This document shows positions 48,186-55,736 of a DNA stretch of 55,736 nucleotides, piece by piece. The stretch comes from Candidatus Daviesbacteria bacterium (GTDB lineage: Bacteria > Patescibacteriota > Microgenomatia > Daviesbacterales > UBA10151): positions 1 through 55,736 of the forward strand of contig JAUYKM010000014.1 in assembly GCA_030699125.1 (NCBI GenBank), given 5' to 3'. The number at the start of each line of letters is the position of its first letter. Positions within the stretch are counted from its first letter, which is position 1. Both the position numbers and the translations under genes were made by a program. The notes under the pieces are model-generated. The model was not told the DNA's origin. It made no database searches and saw only the letters and a list, made by a program, of their open reading frames with translations.

Positions 48186-49283
48186 CTATAGGGATAAATT
48201 TGGGTTTGCTTGGAGAACTAAAGGATCTATTTTTTTGTTTATAAAAAAAGCTGCTGAGGCTATCATAGCAGCATTGTCTGTACAAAGCTGGGGTGGTGGA
48301 ATGTGCAATTTTATTCCTAGTTCCTTGCACCTAGTTCCTAGTTCCAGTTTAAGTTTCTGATTTGCTGCCACGCCACCGGCAATCATGATATCTTTCACAG
48401 GATATTTTTTTAAAGCAAGCAAAACTTTGGCAATTAATGATTGGACAATTGTTTCCTCAATTGCTGCCGCCAAATCAGCTTTCTTGCTGTCACCTATAAC
48501 CTGTCCACTGTTAACTATTCTAGCCACTGCAGTTTTAAGCCCCGAGTAGGAAAAATCCAAATCTTTTGATTCTTTCATGGGAACAGGCAATTTAAATCTC
48601 AAGGCCTGGCCTTGTGAGGCTAATTTGGAAATTTCCGGACCACCAGGGTAGGGTAACCCTAAGAGTCTGGCGCATTTATCGAAGCATTCCCCGGCAGCAT
48701 CATCACGGGTTCCACCCAGGTATTTATATTTGCCATGGTCTGTAAATAAAACTAAGTCTGTATGTCCGCCGGAAACAAGTAAGCCGAGGCAAGGGAATTT
48801 GGGTAAGTCGTCAGGCGTCAGTCGTCGGTCGTCAGACTTTTTTTGTCTTCTGTCTGATAGCTGATAGCTGATAGCTGAAGACTGACTGATCCAATTGGCA
48901 TAAAAATGGCCAAGTAAATGGTTGACTGGAATAAGTGGTTTATTCCATATAGTAGCCAGAACTTTAGTTGTCTCTACTCCAACTAAAAGTGAGCCAATTA
49001 ATCCCGGGCCGTATGTCACTGCAATGGCATCGATTTCCTGTCCACTGTAACCTGCAACCCGTAGACCTTCCTGTATCACCGGAATAATGCTTTTAATCTG
49101 TTCTCTCGCAGCCTGTTCCGGAATTATTCCTCCATATTTAGCTTGTAAGGAAGCAGATGAAGCCACAACATTGGATAAAATTTTTATTCGTTTTAGATCA
49201 GATCGCAAGCTCTGCTTATCGTTATTCGTCAATACAGCAGCTGCTGTCTCATCACAAGAAGTTTCTATTCCAAGTATTATCAT
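48186..49283 (-). CDS. tsaD: tRNA threonylcarbamoyltransferase TsaD
   Basis: GIETSCDETA, GPGL, HLLGH, SGGHT, DDAAGE, TDNAAMIA. Confidence 0.97.
   Translation of the reverse strand: MIILGIETSCDETAAAVLTNNDKQSLRSDLKRIKILSNVVASSASLQAKYGGIIPEQAAREQIKSIIPVIQEGLRVAGYSGQEIDAIAVTYGPGLIGSLLVGVETTKVLATIWNKPLIPVNHLLGHFYANWISQSSAISYQLSDRRQKKSDDRRLTPDDLPKFPCLGLLVSGGHTDLVLFTDHGKYKYLGGTRDDAAGECFDKCARLLGLPYPGGPEISKLASQGQALRFKLPVPMKESKDLDFSYSGLKTAVARIVNSGQVIGDSKKADLAAAIEETIVQSLIAKVLLALKKYPVKDIMIAGGVAANQKLKLELGTRCKELGIKLHIPPPQLCTDNAAMIASAAFFINKKIDPLVLQANPNLSL
48807..48877. repeat. Heptamer tandem repeats forming an in-frame insertion in tsaD
   Basis: CGTCAGT/CGTCGGT units and (CTGATAG)x3. Confidence 0.7.
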
Positions 49284-49311
49284 ATTGGTATTTTACTTTT
49301 TTGTCGTGGAC

Positions 49312-49341
49312 TTGACAAACAGCCTATAACTATGGTAATAT
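49312..49341 (+). promoter_or_regulatory. Promoter of the DGR target gene
   Basis: TTGACA-N18-TAATAT with TG extension. Confidence 0.55.
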
Positions 49342-49351
49342 CCAATCCATT

Positions 49352-50194
49352 ATGTCAATGAACTATGAAAGAGCTTCACAAGGGATTTTAGAAGCAGACG
49401 CAGTAAAATATGCTGAAGGTATAAGGGAAATGAATGCTCTTGCTAATTCTTTACAGAGGGAGGGTAAATTACCAGTAGAATTTTCAGAGCCTGTTATTGA
49501 AACACCGACAGCTGTAGTAACTCCTGCGCTACAAGACAGACAACTTAGAGATGCTCTTCGTCCTTTTGTACAAGAATACAAAGATGCAAAAGTCCATACT
49601 CCGGAATTAGTTGATCATACTTGGCAAAATATGTGGGGAGAAATAGGAAGAGCTGTTGATTTTAAATATCAAGTCCCATCTTGTGATCGCGCTAGAGAAG
49701 AATTAGCACAGTTAAGAAAAGAGAATAAAGCAGTCTTACTTTTGCCGGATGATATATTTACCCCCGAAGGGTTAGTGAGATTTGGTAGAGCCTTTCCTTT
49801 AATGAGAAGTTGGACTACTGATCCAGAACATGCGGCAAAAATTTCATATGGATCAAACATCGGCGGTTGTATTGATATTGAGATGAGCCTTGATGCTCCT
49901 TATAGAACTTCCAAGGGATACAAACAAAAAGAATTAGTAGATAAAATTGCAGCTGATAAAAGAGCTGGCCAAAGATTACCAACCTACTTTGTTGGTTCGG
50001 AGTTCAGCCAACTTTTAACTGGACACTATTTTGATGAGAATACTTGGTCAAGACTCCCTGAGTCTTTCAGCGAGGGCAGCATGTTGGTTGCTCACTTCCG
50101 CTCAGATGGTAGCGCGGATGTCAACGCCTACTGGCATCCTGAGCTTCGGAGTCCGGACTTGGGTGGGCGTTCTGAGGGAGTAAAAAGAGCTTAA
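49352..50194 (+). CDS. DGR target protein with C-terminal variable region (probably CLec fold)
   Basis: VR covers 40 codons at the C-terminus; ends LGGRSEGVKRA. Confidence 0.92.
   Translation: MSMNYERASQGILEADAVKYAEGIREMNALANSLQREGKLPVEFSEPVIETPTAVVTPALQDRQLRDALRPFVQEYKDAKVHTPELVDHTWQNMWGEIGRAVDFKYQVPSCDRAREELAQLRKENKAVLLLPDDIFTPEGLVRFGRAFPLMRSWTTDPEHAAKISYGSNIGGCIDIEMSLDAPYRTSKGYKQKELVDKIAADKRAGQRLPTYFVGSEFSQLLTGHYFDENTWSRLPESFSEGSMLVAHFRSDGSADVNAYWHPELRSPDLGGRSEGVKRA
50057..50177 (+). repeat. DGR variable repeat (VR)
   Basis: 121 bp, aligns without gaps to 50497-50617; 19 mismatches, all opposite TR adenines. Confidence 0.96.
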
Positions 50195-50405
50195 ATCTTT
50201 GACCTTTTGATCTTCTTTGTTCCTTTGAACTTCTGTTTTTTTCTGCTATGCTAAATTTGAAAGTAGGTTAATGCATCTCTCCTCAAGTGAGGATTGGTCA
50301 CCGAAATTATTGTTTTTCAACAAACTGTCAGAATTTCATAGTCCATGGACTATGAGAGAGTACACTAGAAAGACAAGACACTCCTTGTTTGATACTGGTG
50401 GAGAT

Positions 50406-50426
50406 GTCCTGAGCTTGTCGAAGGAC
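50406..50426. repeat. Family C repeat upstream of TR
   Basis: GTCCTGAGCTTGTCGAAGGAC. Confidence 0.7.
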
Positions 50427-50496
50427 TACTCCCGGATAAAATACAGTGGTAAGAGAAATCAAACCGCAGTGGAAAAGAAGGTATCAGACAAATAAA

Positions 50497-50617
50497 CCTG
50501 AGTCTTTCAACGAAGGCAGCATGTTGAATGCTAACTTCAACTCAGATGGTAACGCGAATGTCAACAACAACTGGAATCCTGAGAATCAGAATCCGAACTT
50601 GGGTGGACGTTCTGAGG
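50497..50617 (+). ncRNA. DGR template repeat (TR)
   Basis: 13 AAY codons and 37 adenines; matches VR at every non-A position. Confidence 0.95.
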
Positions 50618-50632
50618 TAGAGTCTTGTCTCT

Positions 50633-51055
50633 CTATATTGTTTTTAGGGATTTTCTCCACCCTCCAAGCATCCGACCGATCTCTTGGAGGGAAGATTCAA
50701 GCTGTAGATATTTTTTGTTATCTAGTGCTTGGATATCTTTTGCAAGCCTTATTAGGATTTTTAGGAGATCTAAGGAAACAATACTCTTTTCAATTATAGG
50801 CAACTTTCTCTCTTGGGTTAAGTTCCCTGCCATAATAATTAATTCAAATAGTTCCAGAGTGAGATTATCCAGCCTTTGACCCAAGCTGTAGCGGTCTTTT
50901 TTAGGGAAGAGTTTTAAGTACTGATACAATAACTTGTAGAAGTCGTAAATTTTTTGAAATATGGGGATATTAAAATCGTTACCTGTCCTGTCCTGTCCTG
51001 TCCTGTCCTGTCCTGTCCTGTCCTGTCCTGAGCCCTCGCTTGGGTAATTATTCAT
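50633..51055 (-). CDS. avd: DGR accessory variability determinant (four-helix bundle)
   Basis: IPIFQKIYDFY...FPKKDRYSLGQR...LIRLAKD...EIGRMLGGW; lies between TR and RT. Confidence 0.9.
   Translation of the reverse strand: MNNYPSEGSGQDRTGQDRTGQDRTGNDFNIPIFQKIYDFYKLLYQYLKLFPKKDRYSLGQRLDNLTLELFELIIMAGNLTQERKLPIIEKSIVSLDLLKILIRLAKDIQALDNKKYLQLESSLQEIGRMLGGWRKSLKTI
50982..51030. repeat. Perfect pentanucleotide microsatellite (CCTGT)x9.8 in the avd 5' coding region
   Basis: 49 bp; encodes (GQDRT)x3. Confidence 0.97.
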
Positions 51056-52078
51056 ATGTTGTATTCCCAGCTTATCTCAATTGAACACTTGTTACAAGCC
51101 TGGGAGGAGTTTAAAGTTGGTAAAAGAAACAAATCTGATGTCCAAAACTTTGAAAGAAATCTTGAGAACAGTCTGTTTTCCCTTCACCGCGACTTGAAAG
51201 AGAGAGTTTACCAGCATGCCAGCTATACGGCTTTTAATATTTATGATCCAAAATTCCGCCATATCCATAAAGCTAGAGTTCGAGATAGAATCGTTCATCA
51301 TGCAGTAGTTTCTTTAATTGAGCCTCTTTTTGATAAAACTTTTATCTATGACTCTTATTCTTGTCGGGATAATAAGGGTAGTCATAAAGCAGTTACCAGA
51401 TTGGCCATTTTCATAAGAAAGATCAGCAAAAACTATACTGGGAACTGTTTTGTTTTAAAACTAGACGTAAAGAAGTTTTTTGCCAATGTTAACCAAACTA
51501 TTTTATTTGATTGCATCAAAAAGAGAGTGGAGGATCCGGATCTCCTCTGCTTGATTAAAAATATTCTTGGTAGTTTTTCCAATAATACTGGTATTCCAAT
51601 TGGTAATCTAACTTCACAAATATTTGCCAATATTTATCTAAATGAGCTGGATCAATTTGTAAAGCATGTCCTAAAAGAAAAGTACTACATCCGTTATTGT
51701 GATGATTTTACTATTGTTTCACCCACCAAAAGGCATCTAGAAAACCTAATCCCTCAAATAGAAACCTTTCTTAATGAAAAACTCAGATTATCATTGCACG
51801 AAGGTAAAATAGTTATCAGAAAATATACTCAAGGGGTAGATTTCCTCGGTTATATTATCATGCCCCATGTGATTTTACCTCGGACAAAAACTAGAAGAAG
51901 GGTTTTTAAAAAACTTAGAGAAAAGATTAATAATCTACAAACGGGGATAGTTTCGGAAGGATCATTTAATCAGTCACTGCAATCATACTTAGGATATTTA
52001 GGTCATGCCAATAGTTATAAACTCACTCAAAAACTAAAAAATCAAATTTGGATTTGGGAATCAAAGAGTAATAATTAG
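51056..52078 (+). CDS. DGR reverse transcriptase
   Basis: RDRIVHHA, LKLDVKKFF, GIPIGNLTSQ, YIRYCDDF, DFLGY; no maturase or endonuclease domain. Confidence 0.95.
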   Translation: MLYSQLISIEHLLQAWEEFKVGKRNKSDVQNFERNLENSLFSLHRDLKERVYQHASYTAFNIYDPKFRHIHKARVRDRIVHHAVVSLIEPLFDKTFIYDSYSCRDNKGSHKAVTRLAIFIRKISKNYTGNCFVLKLDVKKFFANVNQTILFDCIKKRVEDPDLLCLIKNILGSFSNNTGIPIGNLTSQIFANIYLNELDQFVKHVLKEKYYIRYCDDFTIVSPTKRHLENLIPQIETFLNEKLRLSLHEGKIVIRKYTQGVDFLGYIIMPHVILPRTKTRRRVFKKLREKINNLQTGIVSEGSFNQSLQSYLGYLGHANSYKLTQKLKNQIWIWESKSNN

Positions 52079-52129
52079 GTGCTATTTCGAAGGTATTTTA
52101 ACAGAATGCTCTTTTAGCCATTTGGAGAT

Positions 52130-52249
52130 TTATCTTTTGGCAAGTTCTCTGAGAACATCTGCATGTTCCTTCATAAACTTCTCAACTTCATTTTTGAATT
52201 TAGGAGTAATTTCACTCTGTTTTGTTTTAAACTTAGATTTCCCCTTCAT
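52130..52249 (-). CDS. 39-aa peptide, antitoxin-like
   Basis: MKGKSKFKTKQSEITPKFKNEVEKFMKEHADVLRELAKR*; ATGA overlap with upstream ORF. Confidence 0.5.
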   Translation of the reverse strand: MKGKSKFKTKQSEITPKFKNEVEKFMKEHADVLRELAKR

Positions 52250-52380
52250 ACTTTTGCCAAATCTTTCCATACACCAACGTATTTTTTAGAAAGCTCCTTA
52301 ATAAGCTTGGCAACTTCTGGTCTAACTTGTCGGCTTTGTCTTATTGTTAGTTTCAGGCTTTTCCTTGATGTAATTTTCAT
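52246..52380 (-). CDS. 44-aa peptide, antitoxin-like
   Basis: MKITSRKSLKLTIRQSRQVRPEVAKLIKELSKKYVGVWKDLAKV*. Confidence 0.5.
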   Translation of the reverse strand: MKITSRKSLKLTIRQSRQVRPEVAKLIKELSKKYVGVWKDLAKV

Positions 52381-52489
52381 GAACTAATCTTATCACTTTG
52401 TAATGACATAATAAATTGTAGTCTTATTACAGGAAGTCTCAATGTCAGGAATAATGATAAGGCTATTTTAAGAGATATGTGGTAAAATT

Positions 52490-52843
52490 TTGACCATGAC
52501 GCCGGATAGATTTGTGCCAATTAAGCTTGCTGAATATAAACACTCAGATTTACAGGAAGCGAAGCAATTGCTGGTGAGTATAAATCCAGGTACTGATATT
52601 GAGGAAAGAATAAGGATTGCTCTTACTATGATAGATCAGATGCCCAATAAAGCTGATACTCCAGAATTTGAAGAACTTGCAAAAGGAATCATACAAATGA
52701 GACTTCTGGCTTATAAATTTTGGTACATTAATTGTGTAGAAGAAGGCAAAGTTTTGAGAGGAAATATTTCTGTTTGGCAAAGAACTCCAGATCCTGATTT
52801 TAATAAACTATCTTTTGAAGCCACTTTTGGCGGAAGAAGTTAA
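52490..52843 (+). CDS. Hypothetical protein
   Basis: About 115-aa ORF coupled to the downstream nuclease gene. Confidence 0.6.
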   Translation: MTMTPDRFVPIKLAEYKHSDLQEAKQLLVSINPGTDIEERIRIALTMIDQMPNKADTPEFEELAKGIIQMRLLAYKFWYINCVEEGKVLRGNISVWQRTPDPDFNKLSFEATFGGRS

Positions 52844-52845
52844 AG

Positions 52846-53709
52846 ATGATTTCCAAGCCGCAGTTTAAGTACATCAAAAATCCCATATATATTTCCTATA
52901 CTTCTTTAAGGGATTTTTTGAAGTGTCCCCGCTCATATTATTTAAAAAATATTTACAAAAATAAAGATGATAGGCGGATTCAGGTAGCCTCACCTTACCT
53001 TTCTCTAGGCTCAACAGTGCATGATAGTGTGAAATGGTTTTTGGAAACGGCAGAAAAGCCTGCTTTGGATGAGCTGATTAGAAAATACAGGGATCTTTGG
53101 CCTAAATTTTCCGGCAAAAGAGGGGGTTTTAGCTCCCGTGAAGAAGAGGGCAATTTTGGTAAGCGTGGCTTGAAAATGCTGGAAAATTTCTACCGAAATT
53201 GGCAGGTTTTGGGGAAAAAAGCTCCGGAGATAACCTTTCCAAAGTATAACCTGCTGGACAATATTGTTTTGATCGGAAACTTTGATTATATAGGAGAACG
53301 CAAGGATGGCTCGCTTCATGTTGTTGATTTTAAAACCGGGGCAAATGATGAAGATGACCCAACTCAACTTTATATATATTCAATTCTGGCAGAAGTAAAT
53401 TTTGAAAAGAGCGTTTCAGCAGCAGGATTTTGGTATCTGGATAGGGAGGATCAACCAAGAGATATTGTTTTAGATCCGCTGGAGCCAAAGCTGGATTGGC
53501 TAAAGGAAAAAGCTAAAGAGTTAAAAAAGACTATAGAGTTGGGTGAGTGGACTTGCGTTAAAAATGATGCACCAGACGTGGGCTCATCACCCAAGAATGG
53601 TGCGTTATGTAGAGACTGCAAAGACTATCAGGCCATAATAGATGGAAAAGGTGAATTCCAATTTACAGATTATAGGTACAAAAAGGATGTTTATTATTTG
53701 AATAAATAG
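52846..53709 (+). CDS. PD-(D/E)XK nuclease (RecB/AddB-like)
   Basis: SYTSL..F.KCPR, G...H, GNFD, VVDFKTG, QLYIY, CRDC. Confidence 0.85.
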   Translation: MISKPQFKYIKNPIYISYTSLRDFLKCPRSYYLKNIYKNKDDRRIQVASPYLSLGSTVHDSVKWFLETAEKPALDELIRKYRDLWPKFSGKRGGFSSREEEGNFGKRGLKMLENFYRNWQVLGKKAPEITFPKYNLLDNIVLIGNFDYIGERKDGSLHVVDFKTGANDEDDPTQLYIYSILAEVNFEKSVSAAGFWYLDREDQPRDIVLDPLEPKLDWLKEKAKELKKTIELGEWTCVKNDAPDVGSSPKNGALCRDCKDYQAIIDGKGEFQFTDYRYKKDVYYLNK

Positions 53710-53770
53710 GATGTCCTTTTACGAGATGACTCTAGAAAAAGACGTATATTTTCTATCTAAATAGCCACAG

Positions 53771-53812
53771 AATGTAATGTAATTTGACAAATGTAATGTA
53801 ATATGGTATAAT
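53771..53812 (+). promoter_or_regulatory. Consensus promoter with direct-repeat operator for the TA operon
   Basis: TTGACA(53784)-N17-TATAAT(53807); AATGTAATGTAAT at 53771 and 53790. Confidence 0.8.
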
Positions 53813-53818
53813 TAATGT

Positions 53819-54073
53819 ATGACTTATACAGTTTCCATTACCTCCCAGGGACAAATCAGTATTCCGGCCAAGTTTCGAAAAGAAATGGGTTTAAATAAAG
53901 GTGGTAAAGTTATTCTCTCCAAAGAGTCTGATAGGCTAATACTTGAGCCTGTTGTGGATTTTTTAAGTCTTAAAGGATCTCTTAAAAGCAACAAAAAACC
54001 GCTTTCAAATAAGGAGCTGGATGAGTTTGTAGCCAAAACAGTAGCAAAGGAATATGCACAAAAGCTTAAATGA
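53819..54073 (+). CDS. AbrB/MazE-type antitoxin
   Basis: ITSQGQISIPAKFRKEMGL. Confidence 0.9.
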   Translation: MTYTVSITSQGQISIPAKFRKEMGLNKGGKVILSKESDRLILEPVVDFLSLKGSLKSNKKPLSNKELDEFVAKTVAKEYAQKLK

Positions 54074-54453
54074 AACTAGTTGTTGCTGACACAAATGCTT
54101 TTCTCAGATTTCTTCTCAATGATATTTCAGAGCAGGTAAAAAAATTTGAAAAAATCCTAAAGCAAGCACAAAAATCTGAAATTATAATTGTTGTTCCACA
54201 AATAATAATTTTCGAGCTAAATTTTATCCTGAGTAAGTATTATCTTTTTCCAAAGCAGGATGTTGTTGAAAAGCTTCAATCAATCATAAAAACTCCTTAT
54301 TTTAAAATTCAGGATATTGAGATTTTTAGAGAAGCTATAAAGCTTTATGCTAAATCTAATCTATCTTTAGCTGACTCATTTGTTTACTACTACTGCGAAG
54401 CTTGGAAAGCTGATCTTTTTACCTTCGATAAAAAATTAAGCAATTTAAAGTAA
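54070..54453 (+). CDS. vapC: PIN-domain toxin (VapC-like)
   Basis: DTNAFLR, E, SLADS, TFDKKL. Confidence 0.88.
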   Translation: MKLVVADTNAFLRFLLNDISEQVKKFEKILKQAQKSEIIIVVPQIIIFELNFILSKYYLFPKQDVVEKLQSIIKTPYFKIQDIEIFREAIKLYAKSNLSLADSFVYYYCEAWKADLFTFDKKLSNLK

Positions 54454-54550
54454 AGGATTATTAAGCTCTTCAGGATGGTAAAGACGAGTTCCATTTACAG
54501 ATTATAGGTATAAGCGAAGTTTGCGGGCTAATCGCTCTTAAAAAGGATGT
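54453..54550 (+). pseudogene. Degenerate duplicate of the nuclease gene 3' end
   Basis: KDY*ALQDGKDEF/FTDYRY..KKDV versus KDYQAIIDGKGEFQFTDYRYKKDV at 53620-53690. Confidence 0.75.
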
Positions 54551-54700
54551 AATCCCTAGGTGTCAACCTAATACACCTCCCAGGTGTCGGAGATAAAATC
54601 TCCAAAAGTTAAGCAGTTTTTAAAGTTTGAGCCCGAACTTTAGAACTTTTCCAGGTTCTAAAATCTTGAAATCATTATCTAAAGTACTTATACTAAGTTC

Positions 54701-55513
54701 ATGGATGAAGTAAAGGAGCAACCACAGACAGGGCAAAGTGTATCAGAAGATAGAGACTTAGCGCACAAGGTGATAGATGCGAGAAGAGATTCTTATGAGG
54801 CTGCTAAAAGGTATGGGGGTTATAAATTAGATAGATCTGTTCATGATTACGAATATGAGCTCCCGAAATTTCAAGCTAAAACATTTAGGGAACATTTATT
54901 GGATAGATTAACCACATCACAAGATGTTTCTATCTTAGATGTTGGCTGTGGTAGAGGAGTTGCTTTGGCCGAGCTTGTCAGGGATAATTCTGGGCTAAAG
55001 GCAGCCGGTATATCTGCTCAAGATTTCAGAGAAGAAATTTCTGATCCACAGCTCAGAGACTCTATTAGAAAAGTTGACTATAAAACTGGAGATGTACAAA
55101 AACTGCGATCAATTTTCCAGGGGCAGGAATTCGACGTTGTGATTTCAGATGGAGTATTTTTTTATTTAGGTGATCCGCTTAACGCTCTTCGTCAATGCTA
55201 TGGAATACTAAAACCCGATGGGATTCTTTTTATAAACTTTACGGGACTACATTTACCGCAAAGTGATGTTGCAAGATTGGAAAAGTATTGGAAAGATATT
55301 GGGGTAGAAGCTGAAGCTAGTATAGACGGAAGAACTAAAGACTTAGTATTTGCGATACAAAAAGGGCTCATTGATAAACTTCCAATGCCTTTCAAGTATA
55401 GCCAACGTACAGAATCAGGTATGTCATCAAGTATGTCTGCCACGTCCTCTGGATGGGATTATGTTCTTGATGAAAGCATATTGAATAGATCTCTTGTTCC
55501 AAGAAATGGTTAA
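54701..55513 (+). CDS. Class I SAM-dependent methyltransferase
   Basis: ILDVGCGRG, FDVVIS, LKPDGILFI. Confidence 0.88.
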   Translation: MDEVKEQPQTGQSVSEDRDLAHKVIDARRDSYEAAKRYGGYKLDRSVHDYEYELPKFQAKTFREHLLDRLTTSQDVSILDVGCGRGVALAELVRDNSGLKAAGISAQDFREEISDPQLRDSIRKVDYKTGDVQKLRSIFQGQEFDVVISDGVFFYLGDPLNALRQCYGILKPDGILFINFTGLHLPQSDVARLEKYWKDIGVEAEASIDGRTKDLVFAIQKGLIDKLPMPFKYSQRTESGMSSSMSATSSGWDYVLDESILNRSLVPRNG

Positions 55514-55736
55514 TTAGGAGTATTTTTTTAAAATGTAGGGGGATTAAATGGTATTCCGAAAAAAAGCTAAATTAATCCTAATTTCTCGGTAATGTCGGTA
55601 TGTACACTTAAATATCCGACACTTGATACTGTTTCAAAAACTCATTCGGTGTCTTCATGTTTAAACTCATATGAGGCCTCTTAGTATGATAATACACCAA
55701 ATAATCTGTTAGTTCTCTACTTAGGTTTGGTAACTC

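Larger units (their letters stand above)
49352..52078. mobile_element. Diversity-generating retroelement: target(VR) - TR - inverted avd - RT
   Basis: VR/TR pair with adenine-only mismatches, Avd homolog, DGR-type RT. Confidence 0.96.

Noticed and set aside
50446-50799. 117-aa Asn-rich ORF
   Set aside because: It is the TR read in the VR frame plus antisense avd; AAY richness explains the open frame.
51056-52078. RT as group II intron, retron or CRISPR-associated RT
   Set aside because: The GNLTSQ motif, short length, adjacent Avd and TR/VR pair identify a DGR RT.
52820-52843. ORF ending FGGRS as a second DGR target
   Set aside because: No nucleotide similarity to TR; I found no second VR in the window by eye.
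52846-53709. Cas4 or CRISPR locus
   Set aside because: No repeat-spacer array or other cas genes seen; generic RecB-like nuclease.
54553-54588. ACACCTCCCAGGTGT hairpin and partial copy
   Set aside because: Only one complete copy in the window; family or function cannot be supported.

Overview
Replication-origin region of a small-genome bacterium. The gene set and style (TrbC/VirB2-like pilin array, PrgI/VirB4, DUF4012, short ValS, many short palindromic repeats, promoters placed almost on start codons) point to Patescibacteria/CPR, probably Microgenomates (inference). In order: an AT-rich glycosylation island with two pseudogenes beside two tRNA-Ser genes; comF, tmRNA and smpB; a SpoIID-type hydrolase; a T4SS-like cluster interleaved with large orphan genes and an archaeal-type CoaD-DUF359 fusion; an MNT-HEPN pair; dnaN-endonuclease-oriC-dnaA; rpmH-rnpA-yidD-yidC-jag; envelope genes; rplY, valS and tsaD; a complete diversity-generating retroelement (DGR); and TA modules. 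The highlight is the DGR: a 121-bp VR/TR pair with 19 mismatches, all at TR adenines. Its avd gene is inverted, sits head-to-head with the RT gene at zero spacing (CAT|ATG), and has a (CAGGA)x9.8 microsatellite in its 5' coding region. That layout suggests a slipped-strand ON/OFF switch for hypermutation (inference). All alignments and counts were done by hand; no database searches were run.
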